Under the pieces are notes generated by a model. The model was given only the letters and a program-made list of their open reading frames with translations, did no database searches and was not told the DNA's origin. This document shows, in pieces, positions 34,620 to 46,969 of a DNA stretch of 64,000 bases; positions within the stretch are counted from its first letter, which is position 1, and every line of letters starts with the position of its first letter. This DNA is from Mobula birostris. Lineage: Eukaryota. The translations under genes and the position numbers were made by a program. The stretch is taken from the NCBI RefSeq assembly GCF_030028105.1, contig NC_092380.1, forward strand, positions 70,181,717 through 70,245,716, read 5' to 3'.

Positions 34620-35480
34620 AAGTTCAAAGTAAAATTTATTATCAGAGTACAGACATTTCACCATGTACTACCCTGAGATTCTTTTTTTTGTGGGCATACT
34701 CAGAAAATCTATGGAACAGTAACTGTAAACAGGATGAATGAAAAACAAACAGTGCAAATGCAAATATAAATAAATAGCAATAAGTAACAAGAGCATGAAA
34801 TAACAAGATAAAGAGTCTTTAAAGTGAGAGCATTGGTTGTGGGAACACCAGATGTAGAATGAGTGTAGTTACCCTCTTTCGTCAAGAGCCTGAAGCTTGA
34901 GGGGTAGTAACTGTTCTTGAACCCAGGAGTGTGAGTCCTGAGGGACTGATGGCAGCAGCTGGAAAAGTACGTGGCCTGGGGTGGTGAGGATCTTTGATGA
35001 TGGATGCTGCTTTTCTTACAATGTTACATGTAGATGTGCTCCATGGTTGGGAGGGTTTTACCCATGATGCTCTGGGCTGAATTCATGACTTTTGGTAGAT
35101 TTCCCGCTCAGAAACATTGGTGTTCCTCTACCAGGTCATAACGCAGCCAGTCAGTACATCACACCACACATCTATTGTCAAGGTTTTTGAGCACATGTCA
35201 AAACCCCGCAGACTCTGAAGGAAGTAGAGGCACTGTCATGCTTTCCTTGTAATTACAATTATATGACGGCTCCAGGACTGGTCCTCTGAGATAGTGACAG
35301 CCATGAATTTAATGTTTCTGACACTCTCCACCTCTGCTCCTCCAATGAATTCTGGCTCATGGAACCTCTGGTTTCCTTCTCCTGAAGTCTACTATCAGTT
35401 CTTCAGTTTTGCTGACATTGAGTAAGAGGTTGTTGTTATGACACCACACCGCCAAATTTTCAATCTCCCTCCTGTAAAGG
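34620..35480 (-). mobile_element. Rex1/Babar-type LINE 3' fragment inserted in the ERV RT
   Basis: gttcaaagtaaaatttatt tail. The reverse strand resembles the RT tail of the 30560-31320 family. Confidence 0.6.
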
Positions 35481-36124
35481 CTGGCAAATCTGCAACCGCC
35501 TACAACAATCCAGCAACTGTGATAATTTCTGGGTTTGTGTAACTACAGCAGAGCGTGGGTTGATTCATCTCCTGAAATTGGACTACCTCTCAATATCTGT
35601 TGAAGGGGAGAAACTGCTTAGATGATCGTGTGACTCTGAATGAAGAACAACTGGAAGCTTTTCAAACTTTAATAGTGACATGATGTACAGGTCCTGCATT
35701 AGGAATCCCTGATATGTGTAAACTGTTTACCCTGTACGTCAAGGGGAAACATGGCTGCATGATGGCAGTCATAGCTCAAGAACATGGAGACCTGCAGCAT
35801 CATTCTGGTTATTACTCTGCCAAATTGGATAATATAGTATTAGGATGGAGTTCAGGTTTATGAGTAGCGTAAGCAAACTATCTGGAAGTCATGGCTGTTT
35901 CTCGCTTTGTGCTCAATCAACATTTACATGTGCAATGTCTTCACTTAGTACATACATTACTGACAATGAGTCAGGCCTTTCAAGTAACAGCTGCTCAGTG
36001 GTCTAAATGATCAACTGCTCTTGACTCACCTAATATCATCATCAAGTGAGAAAGTCCAGTGGATCCAGCTACACTGTTACATTGGATAAAGAGGGCTATA
36101 ATGTCTATGACTGTGCAAGCATAA

Positions 36125-39100
36125 TAATAGTAGTATTAGTATAGTATAGTACAGCACAGTACAGGCCCTTCGGCCCACAATGTTGTGCCTCAAGCACTGC
36201 CTCCCATACAACCCTCCACCTTAAATTCCTCCATATACCTGTCTAGTAGTCTCTTAAATTTCACTAGTATATCTGCCTCCACCACTGACTTAGGCAGTGC
36301 ATTCCATGCACCAACCACTCTCTGAGTGAAAAAACGTTCCTCTAATACCCCCCTTCAACTTCCCACCCCTAACCTTAAAGCCATATCCTCTTGTATTGAG
36401 CAGTGGTGCCCTGGGGAAGAGGCGCTGGCTATCCACTCTATCTATTCCTCTTAATATCTTGTATACCTCTATCATGTCTTCTCTCATCCTCCTTCTCTTG
36501 AAAGAGTAAAGCCCTAGCTCCCTTAATCTCTGATCATAGTCCATACTCTCTAAAGCAGGCAGCATCCTGGTAAATCTCCTCTGTACCCTCTACAATGCTT
36601 CCACATCCTTCCTATAGTGAGGCGACCAGAACTGGACACAGTGCTCCAAGTGTGGCCTAACCAGAGTTTTATAGAGCTGCATCATTACCTCACGAATCTT
36701 CAACAATGCTCTACACTATCTACACCACCACCAACATTTGTGTCGTCTGCAAACTTGCCAACCCACCCTTCTACCCCCTCATCCAGGTCGTTAATAAAAA
36801 TCATGAAAAGTAGAGGTCCCAGAACAGATCCTTGTGGGACGCCACTAGTCACAATCCTCCAATCTGAATGTACTCCCTTCACTACGACCTTCTGCCTTCT
36901 GCAGGCAAGTCAATTCCGAACCCACCTGGCCAAACATCCCTGGATCCCATGCCTTCTGACTTTCTGAATAAGCCTACCATGTGGAACCTTGTCAAATGCC
37001 TTACTAAAATCGATATAGATCACATCCACTGCACTACCCTCATCTATATGCCTGGTCACCTCCTCAAAGAACTCTATCAGGCTTGTTAGACACAATCTGC
37101 CCTTCACAAAGCCATGCTGACTATCCCTGATCAGGCTATGATTCTCTAAATGCCCATAGATCCTATCTCTAAGAATCTTTTCCAACAGCTTTCCCACCAC
37201 AGACGTAAGGCTCACTGGTCTATAATTACCCGGACTATCCCTACTACCTTTTTCGAACAAAGGGACAACATTCGCCTCCCTCCAATTCCCCAGTACCATT
37301 CCCTTGGACAACGAGGACATAAAGTTCCTAGCCAGAGGCTCAGCAATCTCTTCTCTCGCCTCGTGGAGCAGCCTGGGGAATATTCCGTCAGGCCCTGGGG
37401 ACTTATCCGTCCTAATGTATTTTAACATCTCCAACATCTCCTCTCCCTTAATATCAACATGCTCCAGAACATCAACGTCACTCATATTGTCCTCACCATC
37501 ATCAAGTTCACTCTCATTGGTGAATACCAAAGAGAAGTATTCATTGAGGACCTTGCTCACTTCCACTGCCTCCAGGCACATCTTCCCACCTTTATCTCTA
37601 ATTGGTCCTACCTTCACTCCTGTCATTCTTTTCTTCTTAACATAATTGAAGAACGCCTTGGGTTTTCCTTTACCCTACTCGCCAAGGCCTTCTCATCCCC
37701 CTTCTTGCTCTTCTCAGCCCCTTCTTCAGCTCCTTTCTTGCTACCCTATATTTCTCAATAGACCCATCTGATCCTTGCTTCCTAATCCTCATGTATGCTG
37801 CATTCTTCCACCTGACTAGATTTTCCATCTCACTTGTCACCCATGGTTCCTTCACCCTACCATTCTTTATCTTCCTCACCGGGACAAATTTATCCCTAAC
37901 ATCCTGCAAGAGATCTCTAAACATCGACCACATGTCCATAGTACATTTCCCTGCAAAAGCATCATCCCAATTCACACCCGCAAATTCTAGCCTTATAGCC
38001 TCATAATTTCCCCTTCCCCAATTAAAAATTTTCCTGTCCACTCTGACTCCGTCCTTTTCCATGATAATGCTGAAGGGAGTGGAGGTCACTGTCTCGCAGA
38101 TGCTCACCCATTGAGAGATCTGTGACCTGACCTGGTTCGTTACCTAATACTCGATCTAGTATGGCATTCCCCCTAGTCGGCCTGTCAACGTACTGTGACA
38201 GGAATCTGTCCTGGACACACTTAACAAACTCTGCCCCATCCAAACTCTTGGAACTAATCGGGTGCTAATCAATATCAGAGAAGTTAAAGTCACCCATGAT
38301 AACAACCCGGTTATGTTTGCACCTTTCCAAAGTCTGCCTCCCAATCTGCTCCTTGGTATCTCTGCTGCTACCAAGGGGCCTATAGTATTCTCCCAATAGC
38401 ATAACTGCTCTCTTCCTGTTCCTGACTTCCACCCATACTAACTCAAAAGAGAATCCTGCTACATTACCCACCCTTTCTGTAGTTGTAATAGTATCCCTAA
38501 CCAGTAATGCCACCCCTCCTCCCCTTTTCCCCCCTCGCTATCCCTTTTAAAGCACTGAAATCCAGGAATATTGAGAATCCATTCCTGCCCTGGTGCCACC
38601 CAAGTCCCTGTAATGCCCACTACATCATAATTCCATGTATGTATCCAAGCTCTCAGTTCATCACCTTTGTTCCTGATGCTTCTTGCTTTGAAGTACACAC
38701 ACTTTAGCCCATCTACCTTCTTACCTTTACACCCTTTATTCTGCTTCTCTTTCCTCAAAGCCTCTCTATATGTTAGATCTGGCTTTACTACATGCACTTC
38801 TTTCACTGCTCTATCGCTCTGGATCCCATCCCCCTCGCAAATTAGTTTAGACCCTCCTGAACCATGCTAGCAAACCTACCTGCAAGGATATTGCTCCCCC
38901 TTGAGTTCAGGTGCAACCCATCCAATCTGTACAGGTCCTACCTTCCCCAGAATAGATCCTAATGATCCAAAAATCTAAAACCCTGCTCCCTGCACCAACT
39001 CCTGAGCTACGTATTCAACTGCCATCTACTCCAATTCTTACCATCACTATCACATAGCACTGGCAGCAATACTGAGAATGCCACCCTTGAGGTAGTGTTC

Positions 39101-39690
39101 TTCAGCCTTCTGCCGAGTTCCCAAAACTCACACTTCAGGACCTCATCCCTCTTCCTGCCTATGTCATTGGTGTCAATGTGTATCATGACTTCTGGTTGCT
39201 TTCCCTCTCTTACCAGGATGTCGTGCACCCCGTCAGAGACATCCCAGACCCTGGCACCCAAGAGGCCCTGCCACCGTGGCTCACACCTGGTTGGTCGTCC
39301 CCGCCAACAGTATCCAGGACGGTAAGCTTATGGCTACAGGGGTGCTCTGCACTACCTGCCTACTCACCTTCGCTTCCCCCCCTCTGACTGTCACCCAATG
39401 ACCTGCTTCCGACAGCCTAGGTGTGACTACCTCCCTGTAGCTCTCATCTATGACTGCCTCATTCTCCTTTATGAGTCGAAGGTCATCCAGCTGCTGCTTC
39501 AGATTCCTTACACGGTCTTCCAGACCGTCCAGCCGCATGCACTTCTGGCAGATGTGACTGCGGGAAAGGGGTGCTCCCCCAAGACTGCCACATCTCACAT
39601 GAGAGGTACTGTAATGCAGCATTTGCGCTAAATGGAGGTCACAAGCAGACAGACAGAGCATGAGAGTTTTAGTAGTATATAGATAGATAA
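36125..39690 (-). mobile_element. CR1 LINE with ORF1 (zinc finger, coiled coil, SGNH esterase) and deleted ORF2, inserted in the ERV
   Basis: ORF1 pieces SHICQKC..LEDRV and GARVWDV...[59 protein letters not shown]. (ATAGT)n tail at about 36125-36150. Confidence 0.9.
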
Positions 39691-40226
39691 ATAAAGTGCG
39701 AGGCACACACCTCAGCCAAGAATGAGGTCTCCAACGGAAATTGGTTTGTAGACATGGTAGCAAAACAGGTGGGCCTTCAGCGACAACCTGTGCTACAGAC
39801 CCCTCGGATTGAATCAGGAGGGAAGGAGCTCCCTGTGTGTATTGATGTTCAGCAGCTGCAGGAAGCCCAAAATCTTGCCTCACAGCAAGAGAAATGTGCG
39901 TGGAGCAAATCTGCATGTTACCAGAATACCGGGCTATGGCATCACCCAGACGGCCCAGAAGTGTGCCCGCATAGTTTATTTTTGCCCCTGGCTCGCCTGG
40001 CACATGGTCAGGTTCACATGGGCAAAGGAGACATGTAGCACATCATCACTCAACAATGGTACGCCCCAGGAATAACAGTAACTATCGAGAAGGTAACACG
40101 AACTTGTTTAGTTTGCCAGCAAAACAATAGAGGAAAGACGCCTGCTAGATTTGATCACCTGCCACAACCGGAAATCCCTTTTGAAAACCTGCAAATTGAC
40201 ATTGTACATAAAGAGGGTTTAAGTAT

Positions 40227-41042
40227 TGTGACGGGGTCCTGAATTACCCCTATGAACTGTGCTTTTTAAAGAGAGAGAGAGATTTGTAGAACACAGACAC
40301 ATTGTTTAAAAGAGAGAGAAAGAAAGAGAGAGAGAGGCAAAGACTGCTCACAGTTTGCTTACACTTTTGCAAGGACACTAGCTGCATCCAAGTTCTTACA
40401 GAGAGAGAGAAAGGAGGAGCTGCTTGATGGACAGTTGGTGTTCAAAATGGAGAGATAAATAGAAGGTCGGCTGTAAAACCTACGGACACATGGTTTTGGA
40501 CACTGAATGCGCTTTGTTGTGCCCACAGAAAAGATAGGTTTTGGAGGACCGATCAGGTGGATTGATCAGTGGCTCTTGCAGTGTGAAAGGGGTGTGACTG
40601 GTGGGGAGTTATTCGTGTGTCCAATCTTCACCTGGGTTGACAATTTTACCACAGAAGAAAGGTTCCCTCTGTTGTGGTCACAGTCAGTGACTTCTAGAGG
40701 ATTTCAGAGGACAATGGAAAGATCGACGGAGTCAGCTCATCTGAAAACTCAAACCTCTCCCACTCTCTCTCTCTCCATCACTACATAACACAATACCACG
40801 AACTGAACTGAACTTTACTCATCATCGTAAGACTATCTATTTACCCTAGACTTGAAGAAGTTTAGCTTTCATATATTTCCACACTTACTTATTTATAATC
40901 ATTGCTAACCTGTTTGATTTATCTGCATTTATATTACTGTATTGCATAGTTACTAATAAATACCATTAGATAATAGCAATACTGGACTTCAAAGTGTTTT
41001 CCATTTCTGCTGGTTCTTTAACCCGTCACGGGGTACGTGATA
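40227..41042 (+). mobile_element. Solo LTR (relative of the Gmr1-type LTR family) inserted in the ERV integrase
   Basis: tgtgacgg...cgtgata with TSD GTAT (40223-40226, 41043-41046). The 3' end ccatttctgctggtt...cacggggtacgtga resembles 54463-55296. The IN reading frame resumes (GFKY|ILVKVDMFSRW). Confidence 0.85.
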
Positions 41043-42109
41043 GTATATATTAGTAAAAGTAGACATGTTTTCCAGATGGGCGGAGTCCTATCCAACTAGG
41101 AGAGATGATGCAAGAACTGTGGTGAAGATATTGATGAAAGAAATTATACCTAGGTTTGGAATTCCACTAGGGATAAATATCGACAGGGGAACCCATTTTA
41201 CAAATAAATTAGTACAGGGACTGAAAGAAGCCTTGGGGTTCCATATGAAATTGTGTATCCGTTACCAGCCTCAGTCCTCGGGTATGGTGGAAAGAGCAAA
41301 TGGGGGAATAAAAGCAAATTTGACAAAAGTTTGTCAGCAAAATGGTCTCGGATGTCCAGAGCCACTGCCCTTAGTAATGTAGACTCTGCAAAATCAGAAG
41401 AATAGAAATACAGGACTTAACCCTCATGAAATTTTGATGGGGCGGCCAGTGACAACAGGAACTAAGCCTCCTATGACCCCAGAAAAGGTAGCGCTAATAT
41501 GGAATGATGAGAAGACACTGAAATACGCACAAGCATTGTGTCAGGAGACGGGGAAATTGTATGAGAGGGTGCAGCAAGTCCAGGCACCTTTAACTGAAGG
41601 TAACGTGCATCCGTTTAAGCTGGGAGATAAAATATATGTGAGATCAATGAATAAAGATTCTTTCTCTCCCAGGCCCCTACCTAGTGCTCCTGACGACCCG
41701 TACAGCTGTTAAGGTGAAGGGGAAACCTGACTGAATATGTGCCAGCAGGTGCAAGTTGCACCACAACGAGGACGAAATAAACGCTGAACAAGTGACATCG
41801 TCCCTGAGAGAAAGGAACAGCGCTGAGAACTAAGAACCAAGTGTTATTGAGAGACTGGAAAAGAAATCTATTCTAACCTATAGCTCATGTTATATACATA
41901 ATGACTGATTATTAACAAAATATATACACAATAGAGGACTAACAAGAAGGGAATAGTGGTAATAATCATACTGGGGGTAGGATTGATTAAGTGCCTAACA
42001 GTGCCTGAGGGCAAATACAAAAAAATTAGGGAAGTGGAGAAGTTGTTTTGAGCATGTGAAGGAAGGACAGGGTCACCCACACTTCTTGAGTCTTGAGTCG
42101 TTTCATGGA

Positions 42110-43472
42110 AAAACAAAAGAATCAGACATTTTTGATAAAGTAAAATCATGCTTAGAAAATCTAGAACTAGATTCTAGTAAACTCATCGGTGTTTGTTCTG
42201 ACTGAGTGCCGTCAATGATAGGTAAAGCCTCTGGGACAACTTTGCTTGAAAACTTTTTAGGGACAACTTTGCTTGAAAACTTTTTAGGTCATCCCCTACT
42301 AAAATATCACTGCATTACACACCAAGAGTCACTGTGCGGAAAACTTTAAACTTGCAGCATGTTATGTTACTGGTTGTGAAATGCATGAATAAGATTAGAG
42401 CAAAAGGATTAAACAGACGAGAATTCAGAGAATATTGTAAAATGTTAGATTTGGAATATGACGATCTTGTCCTTTGTTGTGAGGTGCTCTGGCTTTCTAG
42501 AGGACAGGTTCTGAGTAGATTTTGGAAACTGAAAAATACTGTTCATAATTTTCTAGAAAAGAAAAATGAGCTGCCTGAGGAAAGAGCCCTCTTAAATGAT
42601 AATAATTGGCTATTTGATTTAGCATTTTTAGTTGATATTGCCAGCCATCTCAGTGATCTAAATTTGAAACTCCAGGGCAAGAACAAATTGTTTCCTAGCT
42701 TAGTAAATGATATCAATGCATTCAAGATGAAGTTAAAACTGTTCACCTCTCAGTTAGAAAATGAGGATTAGAGCCAGTTTCCGCAAAAGAGCAGAGCAAA
42801 TGTGCTGACGATAATAGCAATTTTACAAAATATATTGAAAAAATCAGTTTATTGCAAGTCATTTCCATGATTTTGCTAAAGAAGAAGACAGCATACTTGC
42901 ATTTATAAACCCATTTTCACTCAGTGAATAAAAAATCATGAAGATGCCTAGTAACATACAAATGAAACTTATTTTCTTGAGAACAAATTCATTATTGAAC
43001 ATGAAATTTAATGAGCTTCCCTCAGTCCCAAATGCTTCTGACATGATTAATTTCTGGTGATCATTACCCTGTGAACATTTTCCAGAACTAAGAAAATTTG
43101 CCCAGAGTTATATCTGTTGTTTCAGAACAATGTACAGATGTGAACAAGCATTTTCAGCCATGAAATTGATTAAAAACAAAACGAGGTTGCGACTGACTGA
43201 TTGAAACTTAAAGAATTCTCCGCTGCTCTCAGTAACTAATTTAACTCCAAACATTAAAATCTTGGCAAAATCAAAACAGACTCAAAAGTCTCATTAAGGT
43301 ATGTAATGTTTATCTTGTCTTTACAATAAATCAATATATCATGTAAAAATGCTAAATATGTCTATATTAACATTTTTACAAGCATTGAATGGGGGTACAA
43401 GAGTTGTATGGTGCATCTGTACTCGTGTGTGAAAAACTTGATGCATGGAATGTAAACAGTTGGCCACCCCTG
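42110..43472 (+). mobile_element. hAT-Charlie (GTF2IRD2-like transposase) 3' fragment with right TIR
   Basis: HCITHQESLC, EVLWLSRG and DLAFLVDI..HL..LNLKLQG motifs. Terminal agttggccacccctg is a CAGGGGTGGCCAACT TIR. Left end missing. Confidence 0.85.
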
Positions 43473-44119
43473 TTTTAGTCCTATTATATTTAGTATTTGA
43501 TTACCATCTGAATAAAGACTGATGCAGTCACTCATGTAGAATCCAAAAGGGGTAACCATTCACAGTTCATTCAAAAAAGAAATATTAGTATTTCCCAATA
43601 AGTTCTCTCAATGACAGATTTAACAATTAGTCATAGATCTGAAAGCTCAGATTCAGCCACTCAGATTCTGGAGTACTTTCAATTTGCACCATTCTTCCTC
43701 TCAGTACTTACATGGGTTGTGTTGCACACAAAGGGAAGGCTCTGGTTTTACAAACAGTGTAGAAGACAAGACAGATTTTTGATTTTGTTCTGTACTCTCT
43801 TCTAAATACTGCCGAGAGCTAATGCACGGCATCAGAGAAATATTGCAACCAATAGGTTGTGGGCTGGACATCGCCCTATATGATTGCTTGATGTGAACTA
43901 AGTTAAAACATCAAAAACATACAAATATGTAGCAAAGATTTCAAATAATACAAACATCATGCAATACTTAATTTTAAGTTAAATAATCAAAAGTATATAG
44001 CTTTACATGTTGCTGTCCTGAGGATACAACATCCAACCCCATCCATCCTCAGTTCTTCATGTAATTCACCAAACAGAAATCTTTTTCAAAATATTCTTCA
44101 TCCTTCAGCACCTAATGCA

Positions 44120-44220
44120 TCAGTGCTGAAGAAGGGTCTTGGCCCAAAGCTTTGACTGTTTGTTCATTTCCATGGACACTATCCGACCTTCTGAGTCCTT
44201 CCAGCATTTTCTGTCAATTG
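44120..44220 (+). mobile_element. Penelope-like terminal remnant with the best-preserved hammerhead-like motif
   Basis: ctgaagaagggtcttggcccaaagctttgactg...ccagcatttt. Confidence 0.55.
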
Positions 44221-44599
44221 CTTTAGCTCTTAATCATAGTGCATGCATTCTTGTGTCTGGCAGGACACTAGCCTGGCTTATATTGGTATTATTATGAATA
44301 ATGAGCACTGCTCCTAAAAGAGTCAAACTTGATTTCTGGCTGCAAACAAGTGAAAATCTAGATTTCCCAAGTGAATTTTAGTAGTTGTTTTAAGTCTTTG
44401 AACACTACAGTTTTCAGAGATTTCAGGTTCGTGTTTTTTCCCCAGCCTTCTCCTTTGGGTTCGTATCAGGAACCCTAACAATGTAACTATGCTGTTTTTG
44501 GTCAGGCCCAGGATTTCAAAAGAGTGAAGGATGCAAGGTCTTTCCTCTTATATCTTCTCAGGAACTATGTCATTATTATAGTAGCTGTCCACAATATCC

Positions 44600-45790
44600 A
44601 CCAGATTCACTTCCTTTCCTTTCTTGAATATTCGATTAGGCCCAAATGCATGATTCCTTCACTCCCCCACATCCAATCCTGGTTCCCTCTGCCTTTCACC
44701 TCTCCCCTCATGGTTCCCATGATCATCCTCCTTCCTTATCAGATTCCAGCACTGGTAGCCTTTGTGTTCCTACTTATCGTTCTCCAGCAACTGTATCCAC
44801 CTTCACTCTCTCCACCTTCACTCTCCCCACCTCCCTCTTAGCTGTCTGCCTCCATCAATCATGTCTGTCCACTCCACCTTCCCCTTCCTCTACCTGGCTC
44901 AATCTGCCTATCATCTTTCTTTTTTTTGTAATTTATTTTTTCATTAAATTTCATCATCAAACATTTCCATAAGATGTATTTCAGATACTGTACATATATA
45001 TTATATAATCATATTTGTCACAAATCTCCACATAATATTTATCTGAGGTATACACTTATAAGAAAGGAGAGGAAAGAAAGAACAATCAAAAGATGAAAAC
45101 TATGTACAGAGTAGGGAGTAATCTTTTTTTTTACAACGTATTCATTGACTTGTGAGAATAAAATCAGGCCTATGAGGTGTTATGTAGTTAAACCATATTT
45201 TCCAGTATGAATAAAATTGTTCCAACTTATGATTAACAGATGCTGTTATCTTCTCCATTTTGTAAATTTCCACTAATTTCCATCCATACATTTAAAGTTG
45301 GACACTGCTGTGATAACCTTTTCCTGGTAAGGGTCTTTTTACCAGCCACCAGCAGTACATTCATTAAATATTTATCTCTTTTGAACCATTCTTGAGGTAT
45401 ATACCCTAAGTATATGGTCTTACTCTCTAAGGGTATTTCACATTTAAAGACGTCTTGTAGGGCATTATGTATCCCAGTCCAATAGTCTTTGATAACGGGG
45501 CATTCCCAGAAAACATGATAATGGTTTGCATTTTGATTTCCACAATTTATTTCTCCAGCAAGCAGGGTGGTTACTATCATAGTGGGATTTCTGAGAGGGT
45601 GTAATAAACTGCCTGTCATCTTTCAACTCCCTTCTCCCCAGTCAACCAATCACTTGCCCTCTTCTATTTTTTACACTGGCTATTTCCTCTCTCAGTCCTG
45701 ATGGAGTGTTCAATAATAAATCAACAATACCTTTCCCTCATCAGATGCTGCTCAACTGACTAGACTCATCCAGCAGTTTGTTTTTTTTTT
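44600..45790 (+). mobile_element. Penelope-like 3' remnant split by an L1 fragment
   Basis: Pyrimidine-rich body ending cagtcctgatgg...cagatgctgctcaactga...catccagcag, like the other PLE remnants. Confidence 0.5.
44920..45608 (-). mobile_element. 5'-truncated L1 (ORF2 C-terminus, 3' UTR, polyA)
   Basis: 16-bp TSD CTGCCTATCATCTTTC (44904-44919) / CTGCCTGTCATCTTTC (45609-45624), a T-run at the left end, and C..CGNQNANHYHVFWECP. The target TTTC/AA resembles the L1 endonuclease site. Confidence 0.88.
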
Positions 45791-46149
45791 TTTTTGCCTC
45801 AGTCTTTATTCTTTTGAGTGCCACTTCCATCCTTTTGCAGTGCTTCTGAAGGACCAGTGTATGCAGCCAACGCATTAGTTGTAAGACATGATTAGCTGTA
45901 CTGATCTAGAACATTTACAGGTCATTATCGGAAGTTGCTTGAACCTACCCACTGTCTGCTGAATATTTTTTAAATCTCTCTGTAGACAATTTCTTTCAAC
46001 TTTGGAACCTGTAATTTTACAAAACAGCTTCTTCTGTTCTGATGCATTGTCTCTGTTGTAGTGTCATGGACAGCCATAGAAAAGTACAGCACAGAAGCAG
46101 GCCCCTTGGCCCATCTATTTCATGCTGAAACATCTAAATTGCCTACTGC

Positions 46150-46387
46150 CTCAGAATGCCGCCTTATATACTCATCTGGGGCCCAAATGGATCTTGATTA
46201 GACACCATGATCTGGTTGGCTGGTTCAAAACACAGTGAACGGTTTTGCAGCGGAAGATCCTGATTGGCTGGCTAGCTTCAAGGGAGGTTCGTTGGAAGTG
46301 TTTGCTTCACTGTCCAGATCCCCAGTTTACTGGCAATTCATTAATTGTTGCTTCTTTTTTCTCCGTAAGGGTTTATGTACTGGATCT
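46150..46387 (+). repeat. Left arm of an unexplained inverted repeat (partner 48710-48918)
   Basis: ctcagaatgcc...catgatctggttggctggttcaa...aagtgtttgcttc.ctgtccagat...ctccgtaaggg...ggatct is shared with the reverse complement of 48710-48918. Confidence 0.85.
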
Positions 46388-46389
46388 GT

Positions 46390-46950
46390 ACTGCACTGTG
46401 TGTAGTTTTGGTCTCCAAATTTGAGGAAGGATATTCTTGCTATTGAGAGAGTGCAGGGTAGGTTCACAAGGTTAATTCCTGGGATGGTGGGACTATCATA
46501 TGTTGAAAGATTGGAGCGACTAGGCTTGTATAATCTGGAGTTTATAAGGCTGAGAGAGGATCTTATTGAAACATATAAGATTATTAAGGGATTGGACATG
46601 CTGGAGGCAGGAAGCATGTTCCCGCTGATGGGCGAGTCCAGAACCAGAGGCCACAGCTTACGAATAAGGGGTAGCCCATTTAGAATGGAGTTGAGGAAAA
46701 AACTTTTTCACCCAGAGAGTGGTGGATATATGGAATGCTCTGCCCCAGAAGGCTGTAGAGGCCAAGTCTCTGGATGCTTTCAAGAAAGAGATGGATAGAG
46801 CTCTTAAAGATAGCAGAATCAAGGGTTATGGGGATAAGGCAGGAACTGGATACTGATTGTGGATGATCAGCCATGATCACAGTGAATGGCGGTGCTGGCT
46901 CGAAGAGCCGAATGGCCTACTCCTGCACCTATTGTCTATTGTCTATTATC
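46390..46950 (+). mobile_element. CR1 3' fragment
   Basis: RKDILAIERVQGRFTRLIPG...RTRGHSLRIRG and an (attgtct)n tail. Confidence 0.85.
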
Positions 46951-46969
46951 TATGCTGATGTGTTTGTTA

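Larger units (their letters stand above)
32584..42090 (+). mobile_element. Fragmented endogenous retrovirus (class I, epsilon-like pol): 5' LTR, PBS, gag remnant, RT, RNaseH, IN
   Basis: LTR end ...ccaaca at 32828 with upstream TATAAG and AATAAA. RT piece with IQYVDD (about 34230-34620), connection region GPALGIPD/YYSAKLD (35480-36120), RNaseH end IKCEAHT..GN..VD and IN HHCC (39690-40222), IN core GIP..IDRGTHF/PQSSGMVERAN (41047-41770). The left boundary is approximate and no 3' LTR was seen. Confidence 0.85.

Noticed and set aside
41950-42100. Start of an ERV env gene (IVVIIILGVGLIKC)
   Set aside because: Only a short hydrophobic stretch with nearby stops, truncated by the hAT fragment. No furin site, CX6CC motif or TM region was seen.
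42233-42287. 27-bp direct repeat gggacaactttgcttgaaaacttttta
   Set aside because: Simple slippage duplication within a dead hAT fragment; no further significance.
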